Source: Haliotis rufescens
Taxonomy: Eukaryota
Length of the DNA stretch: 64,000 bases
Assembly (NCBI RefSeq): GCF_023055435.1
Contig: NW_025963813.1
Location: 35,216,001-35,280,000, forward strand
Direction of reading: 5' to 3'
Of this stretch, positions 52,831-64,000 are shown one piece after another. The first letter of the stretch is position 1, and every line of letters starts with the position of its first letter. The notes under the pieces were generated by a model. It was given only the letters and a program-made list of their open reading frames with translations, did no database searches and had not been told where the DNA came from. A program made the position numbers and the translations under genes.

Positions 52831-53744
52831 TGAAACAAAACATCCAGGTTGTTTGCACAAGATGAGCATGAACATGAACACAGGGTGACTTCACTGCTTT
52901 CTAATGTTAGCCACAGGGTATCTTCGATGGCCCTGTCAAGAACAGTGACCTTGAAAACACCAATAAGCTCATTTTTTATAAGCAATCATTTCACCACCAG
53001 AGCCACGTCGTGCCTTTTTTGTCAATATGTTTTCTGTACCAAGTGTAGCCTTTAGACTTTATTTGTACCTTGTCCCTTAAGAAAGTTACACATAAGATAT
53101 GATATCATAGAAGTTAGTTTTGATCCCCTTTTCTCTGGCACAATCAGAGTTTTTAACAATAGTATGTCCTCTTACATTGTAGCTGTCCTACTTGACAAGT
53201 TCCTTAAACTGTAATAAGGCAATGCTGTGTCTGTAGTTCTGCTTTGGACATACCGTTTTCTATGTTGAATCTTATACATTTGACGTCTTTCACCTTTCAT
53301 AACATAATTACACCTGGTCTTGTCCCTGTCCTCTCTCACATTCTGTAGTTTCAGACCATCTTTGATTAGGGCACTCACTTTATTTATGTGTTAGGGTCAT
53401 TTTCTTCATTATTTGACGTAGGAAGATTTGTCAAAACGAAAGCATTGTCAACTGAAGCAACAGACGCATACGAATTTCCAGTTATATGACGGCAGTCTAA
53501 ATATTCGAATCTGGACAAGACAATCCAGTGATTTACATCATGGGCATCTATCTACGCAATTGGGATACGATGACATACATCTTTTATCCTGAAAACCCGA
53601 TCCTGATAAACGCCTCTTACAAGCATGGGTTGTTCAAGATGTATTCTAATCCGGATTGTAATGGCTCTTGTGCGATATGAGCAGTATGTGATACATGTAG
53701 GTGATATGTGATATATGTGTGGGGAATTTCAGAGTAATATTTCA

Positions 53745-54070
53745 TTTTCTGCTCAGCACTATGACCCCGGTCAATGGATTAATGTGCACTCGAGTTTCAT
53801 GCTCAGCTCCCTGGTTGATATACAGTCCACTCAGACCGTAAAGCGCCCTCGGGTTAACAGTCACCTTACCATGTCATCTTACCGGGTACCCATTCACAGC
53901 TGGGTGAAATAGATGCATATTTCAAACGAAATTCATTGCATAAGGATACACGACATATGCTACATGTGCTTTCGTTTGGGCCAGAACTGCAGGCCTAGAA
54001 CCTCTCAGGATTCAATCTGCCGAAGTTTAATTGATTTGTAACATATATACTTTACACAGGGCTACGTACC
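53745..54070 (-). mobile_element. Possible CORE-type SINE remnant
   Basis: Reverse strand contains CACCCAGCTGTGAATGGGTACC, resembling the CORE central domain. Confidence 0.4.
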
Positions 54071-54084
54071 ACTACGGTGCCTTA

Positions 54085-54203
54085 TGTTTGGCCCGATGTT
54101 CGGCCTGACGTTCGGCCTGATGTTCGGCCTGTTGTTCGGCCTGTTGTTTGGCCTGATGTTCGGCCTGACGTTCGGCCTGATGTTTGGCCTGATGTTCGGC
54201 CTG
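54085..54203. repeat. 12-bp minisatellite (~10 units)
   Basis: GTT(C/T)GGCCTG(A/T)(T/C) units. Confidence 0.9.
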
Positions 54204-54901
54204 AGGGGGGGCAGGCTCGCTGACTTGGTTGATGCACGTCATCATATCCAATTTGCGTAGATCGATGCTCATAACGTCAATCACTGGATGATCTGGTCGA
54301 GACTTGATTATTTACAGACCGTCGTCATATTTCTGGAATATTGCTGACTGCGGCGTTAAACAACCACAAAAAAACACAATGCTGAATAAGCAATATGTGT
54401 AACATCGATGAGTATTGTATTTCTCATCTTTACCGCTTGAAAGGAATTTACATAAACGGTTAATATATTGAACATTGTCGGTTGACATCAGCCATACAAT
54501 AATTATATAAGTCTTTCTACTGTTGGTGAATGGATGAGAGGATTGGGAATAGCTGTCACATATCAATTGTACATGGAGTTATCCTCTGAATATACCAAGT
54601 TTCTCATATGGCAGAATAAACACAAGCATTCGTTATGGCAGCCACGTTGACAACTGCAAGTCTCAAATTATTACACCGAAACATTGTCAGCATTTTACGT
54701 TGACAAAGGAGAAGGTCAGAGTTTAAATAGGTTCCACACTCAGCAAAGATGTAACTTTAGAACAATAAATGCAGTATTTTGTGAATGGGTAAAAAAAATG
54801 TGTTTGACGATGACCATGATGGGAAGATGCAACCAATGTCTTGATATATATCCACGTATACCCAAATTCATATTTAGATAACATTGTCTTACATGAGACA
54901 C

Positions 54902-55530
54902 CGGGATCGGGTGGTCAGACTCGCTGACTTGGTTGATGCATGTCATCGTATCCCAATTGCGTGGATCGATGCTCATGATGTCAATCACTGGATTGTCTGG
55001 ACCAGACTCGATTACTTACAGACCGCCGTCATATAGCTGGAATATTGCTGAGTGCGGCGTTAAACAACAAACCAACATGAGACACCCACTATTACCATTA
55101 ACATCAATAGTAGTAATTGTTGTATATATGCTAGGTGACGAAGTCTATGATTTGGTAGGTCAAGTCTTGACCAGTACTTGACTGATCTGAATCTATAATG
55201 ATACTGCATGTGGTGTCAGACATAATCTGTGGTTTATGATTATTTGCACTCTCCCAAAGATAGTACAATAAGTTTGTGTGTGTTTGTTTGGTGTTTAACG
55301 CCGTACTCAGCAACATTCCAGCTACATGGGGCGGTCTTTCAACCTGGTATTTATAATATCACAATACACCTTACAGAGAAATGCCTCTTTAAGTGGACGG
55401 GTGACATCATGAGCATCGAGGCACGCAACTGGGATACGATGACATGCATCAACCAAGTCAGCGAGCCTGACCACCCGATCCCGTTAGTCGCCTCTTATCT
55501 CCGATCCCGTTAGACGCCTCTTATCTCCGA
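54902..55530. mobile_element. Two partial R1 copies in inverted orientation (54902-55076 +, 55276-55530 -)
   Basis: Matches to the R1 body and tail. Confidence 0.7.
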
Positions 55531-56660
55531 TCCATAGCACAGAATAGGTGTGATAATTGCATAAAGACATGTTTAAAATGAAAAAGGCTATTTAGTAATA
55601 TATCAAAAATGTTACTTAAAGTTGGCGATTGAGAATATTGCTTTTCTCGCTTGAGTTGTTTAACTTTTTTTAGTCTTTGTCCATGACAATTTAGGTGGAG
55701 AATACAACACCAACATGTGTGTAAATGTTGACAATTTCTAATTCTTCTCCATTTCGGAACCGTCGACATCACAGGGAAATCAACCTCTATTTCAAAAGAC
55801 TAATATTATAGTTGAAATAAAGTTTCAAACATTAATTGTTTTGACGGTGTAAAGTAGTTGGTGAGACATTATGAACAAATAGTAATGAAAACATCAGCGA
55901 CATTAGGAGATTTATAAAATACCTCTCCAACCATCCTCAGCCCAAATTGTTGCAAACTGGTTGATGAAAATTATGAACATTATTAGGGGTTCAGGATCTT
56001 TGAAATTAAAGTGTCATTAATGTTGAGTTTGTGTAATTCTATAAACAAACAAGGGACTTGTACCATGGGTGTCATGGCATTTTTGTCAGTTCTTCATTAT
56101 AGCATGGTATAGAACACTTAGACTCACCTAACAGGCAAGCAATTAATTGCAGAAACACCACTTAGACACATTATTTTAGGATAATGCTTTAGCAGAAGTA
56201 GATGCTGCACCATTGCAAGAAAAAACACAAAGACTTGAGTTGGATGTAAGGCCACAGGTTTATATACAGAAAAGTACAAGGACAGGAGAACACTTCTGGG
56301 CTGAGTGTCAACCCGAAGGTGCCTGGACAGAACAGCAAACGCGGCTCCGAGGGTACAAACCATACGGGGCCAAATGATGGGACCCCCCAGGGAAAAGCGC
56401 AGAGTGGGTCTGCTGTAGGCTCTACAACCACCATTATACAATAGGGCCTAGATGGTATGTCTCAAATACCCACAAAACACCAAAATCACTACTCCCAGCC
56501 CAAAAGCGTTCCGCGACGCATAAAAACCATTAGTCGTGCGATGTACATTGTAATGTGATCATGAAGAATATGCTAGTCAAGGATCTTCACCTGCTGTGCA
56601 CATACAAACCCCTGTGATTTGTTCGACGCATGTTTATGCCAGGACAGCTCTTGCCTCGCA

Positions 56661-57150
56661 TCAGTCTCATTAAGTCAGACCTTAGTTCTCGCTACCACTA
56701 AACAAAGATCTGAAGACATCCCATTAGGGGTCACGTCAGAACGACCTTTCATCCGACCAATCAGTGCGTCGCTTACCAGATCATGAAAGTGACAGTTGGA
56801 ATGTGATTTCTAGTCATGCAATCTCGAAAACTTTAACATGGTGTATTCCGAACGATACTTACGGGTTAAACGACTGAATCCTTACAATCTAGATCATCTA
56901 TTTGCCATTCCAGAATGGTTTTTTTGTTCAGGTTTCAAACTTGTATTCGAGAATTTGTCAAAATATGTTTCGAAGCTTAATCGCCAATTTGAAATTTGTG
57001 CCGTAAAGCACGAGAAAGCTGCCTTCTGATTGGTCATTCCATTGGTCGGTCAAAGTTCGCGCAAGGTCGGCCTGACGTGACCCGTAATGGGATGTCCTCA
57101 GATCTTTGTTTAGCGGAAGCAAGAACAAAGATCTGATTTTAATGAGATTG
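56661..57150. mobile_element. MITE with ~110-bp imperfect TIRs
   Basis: CAGTCTCATTAA...CTAAACAAAGATCTGAAGACATCCCATTAGGGGTCACGTCAG versus its reverse complement at 57075-57150; flanked by GCCTCGCA at 56653-56660 and 57151-57158. Confidence 0.8.
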
Positions 57151-57624
57151 GCCTCGCAAAAACTGAATTGTCCAAAACTTGCCACAACTACGATATAAAG
57201 GAAAACAAGCAGCAGTATTAAACCAGGAAGAGAAGCTTTCCTTGCACTATTAAACCAGGAAGAGTAGCTTCCCTTTGACCGTGGAACACGAATGCAGGGT
57301 GAGAAAGACCCTTGAATTGGAATAATGTAAGATTACCAAAATAATGCATTTTATTATACTTAATAATTTTAAGTATACTTAATGAGCCGAAAAGTCCTTG
57401 TTTTTCCGATCATGCCGACCGCCAGGCAGGATTACAAGTGACGTCTTTTCAAGTCTCTTTGGAAGATGATCCTGTCACCGACCTTCCGGTCTCCGGGCAG
57501 ACGCTCTATCCACTCGACCACGGAGGCGGGGATACTAAAGAGCAACTGACAAGTGTTTACAAATATTGATTTATTTGAAAGTTGATGAACATATACCTGT
57601 GTCAAGTCTATAACACGTTAGTGA

Positions 57625-58589
57625 AAGTAGAACATGGATATAACGAACTACAAGGGACCGGAGAAATCAGTTCGTTATATACGTTGTTCGTTATATACGT
57701 TTCGGCTCGGAAACGTCCGCCATCTTGGCTAAAACAAAACACGAGAACATACGTTTGTACACTTTGCCTCCCGCATCTACCGGTGATTCAGTTGAAAAGT
57801 ACCCAATGACACAACTTCAAAAAATATTGATGCAATGGTCGGAAGAATTGTGTCTGAATTTATTATTTTATCAGAATAATACATTCCAATATCGTGTTAT
57901 TTTACAGTTTTCACTATACATATTTAAAATTATAAGAACCATAAGCGTAGCTCTTTGGTATAGGTGATTGCTATTGACGGATATTTTTACGTATGGAACA
58001 ATTTGCCTCAAATATGACTTTTAACTAGTCAAAGTATGGCATTTATGATATATGTATCTATTCTCTTGCAACTAAAGTTCATTTCAAGGCGTCAAAAGCG
58101 GTAAACTGACCGCGGTTGCTCAAATTACGGTGAGTTGAGCGATCTACGGATCACTTCACACACGGTTTCACCGAAATTAATGTAAACATTATTGAATGAA
58201 ATTTGCCTGTTTAACAGACAAGATTAGTCGAATTACTTGGACAGATAAGATTAACATAATGCATGTTCAGCAAAGTTGATTCGTCACCAGTGATTATGCT
58301 GATTCATCTCGACTGTTTTGATTCATTCGCCTCTGATTGCGAACAGCCAATTGTCACTGACACTTGACACTGAGTGAGATTTCTCAGTTCGCTTTTCACG
58401 TCACTTATTAGCGGTAGATGGGATTGTGAGTGGTCAGATATCAGTTCGCTATATACGTTAGTTCGCTGAAGAGAGTTTGTTATGTACATAAATTATATAT
58501 GATCATATAGAGGAGATAAATCGGGGATTTTTTAACAGTTCGTTGTATCGGTTTGTTCTCACTATCCGTTATATCCGTGTTCTTCTGTA
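57625..58589. mobile_element. pogo/Tigger-like non-autonomous DNA transposon
   Basis: Termini AAGTAGAACATGGATATAACG ... CGTTATATCCGTGTTCTTCTG-TA with repeated subterminal GTTCGTTATA motifs. Confidence 0.7.
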
Positions 58590-58870
58590 TATCAACTTCC
58601 GATAACGTCAATCTCAAGTGGGGGAAGTAACATCTTATTTCAAACATACATGTTACATCTTGTCAGTGATGAAAACGCATTTCATCACACATTCAAAGTG
58701 CACAGTGTCCAGGCTTGATCCAATACATTACTGAAATGGCGATCGATCCTCTTGTCCAGAACACTATGTCGGCACGTTATGTCTGGGAATTGTCAATTGC
58801 GATCTTGACTTCCTTTTTTCACCACCTTTTTTATCCCAGTGAAAGGAATACGACACATTTACATCTGACA

Positions 58871-61800
58871 TCATCTAAAATAAAGTTTTTTGGTCAACTT
58901 GGAACTAACATCGGGGAATTGTCCTTGCCATTCCTCATAGCGGTTGACCACTTTCCTACCTTTGACTCGTCTCGTCACTACCGTCATGATATCTGCTAGA
59001 TGATCGCTGTAAACATTCATTGAACAATTGATTAAATCATGGACTGCAGAAGGAACACCTGAATACCTGTAACAAGATGTTCTGATATCTAGATGTCACA
59101 CTGAAACTAGTCCTTCGATCGTTGCAAAACATTTTCATCTAGCATTTCGCGATATGACTGCAATATTGCCGATGCGATGTAAAATTTTAACTCTCTTAAC
59201 TCATCTAGCCTTTTTATCAAAGTGACATGATATGAAGTCTATATTCAGTATGTTTATACATAAAGCTTCAAATGATGGTACGGACTGTGAACAACCAGAT
59301 AAGTGACAAGTAACTAGTAGTTTATAAGACCAATAATACACATAGGGTTATTGTAAAAAAAAGTGGACACAGTGGATATCTATAATCGGAATTTCGAATC
59401 GGCATATGTAGTGGCAAATATATGATGCTACTCAATGTTTTCTAACAAATATTAGATCATTTTACCTGCCCGACAGCTCAGTCATTACTTTTATAAATTC
59501 GTCAGTGAAAACATCTCCTGTCTCATTGTTTCGAATTGAACTTTCACCAGGTTGGGCAGCATAGCAGAAAAAGAAGTCTTCAATATCCTCAATATCGCCA
59601 CAAGACTCATTACAGCTGACAGAAAAATCTGGAAAATGAATAAAATCAGGCAAAGATAACGCATTAGATTCAGTCACATTCAATCAGTAACATTTCACCA
59701 ACAAGAGATATTTTATTTGCGTTTGGAAGGAATGTGTTTACCTACGATTCAGGTACATGAAGGAAGATACTCTCTCTAGGTTATCTATATGTACATTTAG
59801 ATATACAGAAGGAACTGCGGTACAACTACTACTGATGCTCTAATAATGAGTTGTGAATTACTGAGGAAGATGACCCGTGAAGGGTAGAATAGGTCTTCAG
59901 CAACCCATGCTTGCCGTAAAAGGTGACTATGCTTGTCGTAAAAGGCGACTAACAGGATCGTGTGGTCAGGCTCGCTGACTTGGTTGATGCATGTCATCGA
60001 TCCCAATTGCGCGGATCGATGTTCATGATATTAAGCACTGGATTGTCTGTCCAGACTCGATTATTTACAATCCGCCGTCATATAGCTGGAATATTGCTGA
60101 GTGCGGCGTTAAACAACAAACCATCCAACCAACGAACAACTGAGGAAGATAGACAGACTAAAATCTCGGTTGTTTAAATCAGAATTGGTTATTGTGATTC
60201 CAGACCTCTGATTCACAAATCATAATTGAGCATTTGCAAATTTCATGATAGATTCACGGTTTTATTTTTAACTCAAAACAGATATAATTACACGTGTGTG
60301 CAGAACGTGGACACTAAATACAAAACATGAGGTTGTAGAATATATTCAAATTCAGTTAAACTTTACCACTCATACATTGTGGGTGTGAGATTTTATGGAT
60401 AGTTCATACTTACCATACTTCCTACATGCGTCAATGAAAAACAGCTTTGGTTTCCCTTTCAGATTGGGACACTTGTCAGGTCTAAATTGACGTGCAATGT
60501 CTTTGATACAAATCCTTTGGAGGTCTTTACTATATATTACCCCTTCTCTTCCATGTGAAGAAATAAAGACCACAAAACAGTCGGTGGCATTGTCGTCCAT
60601 GTATTTGCCTGCATCTTCAAGTATCTTCTCTATTTCCTTCTTTGTGTTATCAGTGTATGACCAAACTTTAAACTTCAAGTCCTCAAATAATGTTTTCAGT
60701 TTCGCTGGAATTTAAAACATGGTATTATAAACATCATGTGAAAATAATCCATATAACATTAAACTTATATTCCAATATCTACTATCCTTAGTTGTTACTG
60801 AAAAACCTTGTCAATCATGACAAATAATCTTATGGTTAACAGCAATACATCAATGCTATCACACCTACCAAATCTATCACATCTATCACACCTTTTCAAT
60901 GGAAATGTCCAGCAGAGAGGCAACAGTGAGATGTGTGTATGGGAAAGCCGAGTAATAACACATGACAAGGTACACAGTGATTAACACAAAGTCTATATGG
61001 GACATCAAACATGAGGTCATTTTCTAATCAAAGACTGCAAAGATTAAACAAATGTTCCGAACGTTTATACCCATATATACCCTATCTAATTATTGGTATA
61101 ACAGTCATATAACCACAAACCATTTGCACCAGCTGCTGCATGTCTGTTGAAGCCTGTCTTGTCGAAATGTACAATGTTGAGGATGACACAAAGTCCTGAA
61201 ACGTGTACACAGTGAGATGCTGCAAGTCTATATCTGATTGGGTTAATTGTCACGTAAAATTTTAGAACAACCACCTCAAGTAAGACCGGACTGTGGTCTA
61301 GGAAGGAAGGTTTCAAAGGTATTCTAAAGCATTTCAAATTCAACCAAAATGTATATCTGTATACGTCCTTATGCATGTATTCAAATGTACAAGAGCACCA
61401 TTTGATTTGGGCGGAGGTCCCGCGAGACAAAGTAATCTGTTCCTGAAAATACTTAAACAATAATTTATCCTCGGGTTTAACAATAATATCGTTTTGTTTA
61501 ATAGGCATTTTCTATTGTGTCTGCTTAACAATATTGCTCACTGGACATACTTGATTTTCTGAAGAATACCCCAAACACCCACAAATCGTGTGCCACCCGT
61601 GGGTCAGGATATGCGCACCTTTTTGCCAACGCCTGGTACCATCACAATTTGATGTTGATTTAAAAAAATATGCTCATGATGTAGTTGGAATAGTGCCATA
61701 TGTTTTTAGAAGAGGCTTTTTTTATTATGGAAATAGCTTTATCACTATGATTGTACTTTCCAGAGGAATATACTGAAAACATTGACTGAAAAAATATCAG

Positions 61801-62814
61801 GTTTCAAATACAAATGCCAGCATGCCCTCCTACTTAATACTTATTATTAAAAAGTCTAACCCAGGGAATATATGATTCATTTACTTTTCATAAATCAATT
61901 ACATCTCAGTACAAGTACCTCTTGGTTCAGACATCATTTCGTAGCAACGATCATCTGGAAAGAAAAGAGCTAGCTATGGATAAAAATGTTTGATCTTGCT
62001 CACGCATCATCATATGACATTTTTTAAGAATATCCCTAAGGCCAGTTAGGAATCAAGTATCTATATTTCCTTTACTTGGAAAAAAATGCTGCATTTGTCT
62101 TGGCAAAGCTACGACATTGAAAAGGAGCAATGTAGTTTTACCTGAATGCTTTATTGTCAGAGCCGACATTTCTGCTGCCAAAGGACTGCGTCTCTGCCAT
62201 GTGATGATATCTTTCACTTTCTGTTTCATTCTCAGAGTGACAGGTTTTATCCAATCAAGGGCATCTTGAGATTTAAGACCATCTAAGGGCTTTAGTCTTT
62301 TGTCTGTACGTAGAGATCTCACGTAATCTTTATTTTCATGTATACGTATTTGTGCAATAGCTTCGTGTCGGGTAAATTCGGCAACTCTATCATTCGACAT
62401 GTTGCATGTGTGGAGAAAGAGCACCAACCTGCATTTTGAAGCGATTACACCAGGTCTTTGTACCAGATCTGCACCAAAACATGGATGTGTGAAAAGTCTC
62501 ACATCAACAGCAGTACCATCAGTTAAACAAAGTTGATTCATTTCTTCAAAAATTTCCTCAGCTAGATCCTCATCAGCCGTTTCATATACAAGTGCAGCAT
62601 CAAAACTCTTACCAACTCTGTCTGTCCGTGAAGTCGTAGTTGTTACCTGTGTCGCCATGTTGGGAGCAATATCTGTGGTAGCCGTATCCCTATTTGCAAC
62701 GATTTGTGTAGATGTGGCCTCAGGGGATGTGTTTGATGCAGCAAGTGACTCAAACGGCTCAGAATCTTCAATAAGGTCACAGATATTGTCGGCATCAAAA
62801 CCTCCTCCTGCCAT
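58871..62814 (-). CDS. Caspase-family (C14A-like) protein with an N-terminal TIR-like domain (about 457 aa, 6 coding exons)
   Basis: Exons 62142-62814 (acceptor at 62824, so further 5' exons are possible), 61919-61954, 61121-61195, 60414-60704, 59466-59628, 58871-59006; all GT-AG and in phase (1374 nt). Caspase hallmarks: YEMMSEPRGLCVILN, FVVFISSHG, CPNLKGKPKLFFIDACR, DFFFCYAAQPGESSIRN, HLADIMTVV, LTKKLYFR*. Caspase call is strong; TIR call is by motif pattern only. Confidence 0.85.
59872..60138 (+). mobile_element. SINE-like family R1, full length, in caspase gene intron
   Basis: TSD ACTGAGGAAGAT at 59860-59871 and 60139-60150. Confidence 0.88.
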
Positions 62815-64000
62815 GCTTACTGCTCTGTAATGACAGTAAACCGGTTCGGTTACAAGTAGTGGAAATCACCCCTATCAAATCACTCTCTTGCCACCATCCC
62901 AATCCGACCCCAGTCCACCTCACCCCACCTTACCCCACCCCCATTCCCCACCCACCACCTTTCCTCATGACCGCACATTCCTTCTAGACTCAACAGTTTA
63001 CTTTTCATATATGTCGCTATCTTCCCCTGGTCGTGAAGTAACTATGTTTTTACTTCATTTGTATTAATGTTAATGCGAGCCACAAGAACATTTAAAGATA
63101 AATGTGATGGTGATGACGCGGTCTAAAGTCTATGAAATAAAAGTTATCTTACAACTATTCACATGAGAAATCATGAGAATCTACTTCTGGAATCAAAAGA
63201 TTCAAGCCATTTCTCTGACGTAAATAATGCTATGATTGACATATATTTTCTCTGTAGTTGACCTATAAGTGCGGCAGTTTGACGTGTTTAAAATGCAGGT
63301 TCAGAATGACCAGTGAGTTCCTGGCTCAGTATCAACTGCAAGAACAAAAGCATGACGTCATAATGAGATAGAGCAACAACAGTTCACCACCTACCAATAT
63401 CTTGGGCTGGTTTGCCAAATATTATAACAACATATTGTTGTATAAATTGTTCTAATCAAAATACAAAACAATAAGCACTTTATTAGTTTGGGGGTTGTAA
63501 GTTTGCAATACCATTAACCACAAGACGTGCATTGCTGTGGCCCTTCTGTGCCCTTTGTCGGCGCTTCGACTGTGACGTTTTGGCTGTGTCAGTACAAAAG
63601 ACAAAGGCGTGATACAGACAATATCGGTGGAAACGAAAATACCGATTGACTGCACAGTGCGAATATATATTAGCTAAATGCAGTCCAGGTGTGTATGCAA
63701 GGGAGACAACTGCGAAAGACTTATAGCACAAGATCATATGTGACTTTAATGTTCAGAGTTTTGTGTAATGACCAACCAGTATAATCCTTGATACAGATTG
63801 CACTTGCTCTGCTTCCTCGAACATCTGGTGCAGTTGTGCCATCAGACTAAGCCAGTATGGACTACATAGTCGAAAACGTGTTGTACATATCAAATATACT
63901 TCATTATTACGCCTGGCAACTTCCTTGTTTCGTTTTGATGTTGACATAATGGGGCGTGACGAAACATGTCGCAATATGCCACCGTGGTGTAATTCAGTGA

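Noticed and set aside
54072-54284. ORF with QAE(H/R/Q) repeats; possible CRISPR-like array
   Set aside because: A spacerless 12-bp minisatellite fused to an R1 copy; no splice context or unique spacers.
56200-56440. Possible LTR plus primer-binding site on minus strand (TGTATAAT...TTGCA ATGGTGCAG)
   Set aside because: Weak terminal repeats, no second LTR and no internal coding sequence.
61086-61508. 140-aa ORF as a single caspase exon
   Set aside because: Only 61121-61195 has caspase similarity and proper splice sites; the remainder is intron.
63483-63974. ORFs upstream of the TIR exon as additional N-terminal exons
   Set aside because: No recognisable domain or convincing phase-compatible donor; cannot be excluded without transcripts.

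Overview
AT-rich, intron-containing animal genomic DNA; the repeat landscape suggests a gastropod mollusc such as abalone (inference). About 50 kb holds a tandem cluster of arylsulfatase B-like (formylglycine-dependent S1) genes. Four intact 14-exon paralogs were reconstructed by hand with consistent splice phases: A 3637-11319 (-), B 17003-23297 (-), C 26658-34543 (+) and E 41999-49351 (-). There is also exon 1 of a fifth gene running off the left edge, a decayed B-type fragment (exons 6-11, +), and two orphan promoter-side relics. The cluster alternates two subfamilies, contains an inverted duplication with a LINE fragment at its junction, and concentrates amino-acid change in a few active-site loops. 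The most unusual feature is a 6-exon minus-strand gene (58871-62814) whose phase-compatible exons join a TICAM/TRAM-like TIR domain to a complete caspase domain with a non-canonical DACRK catalytic motif, i.e. a candidate TIR-caspase. The rest is SINEs, Tc1/mariner, Penelope and LINE remnants, MITEs and simple repeats. All calls are from reading the sequence; no database searches were run, and repeat boundaries are approximate.
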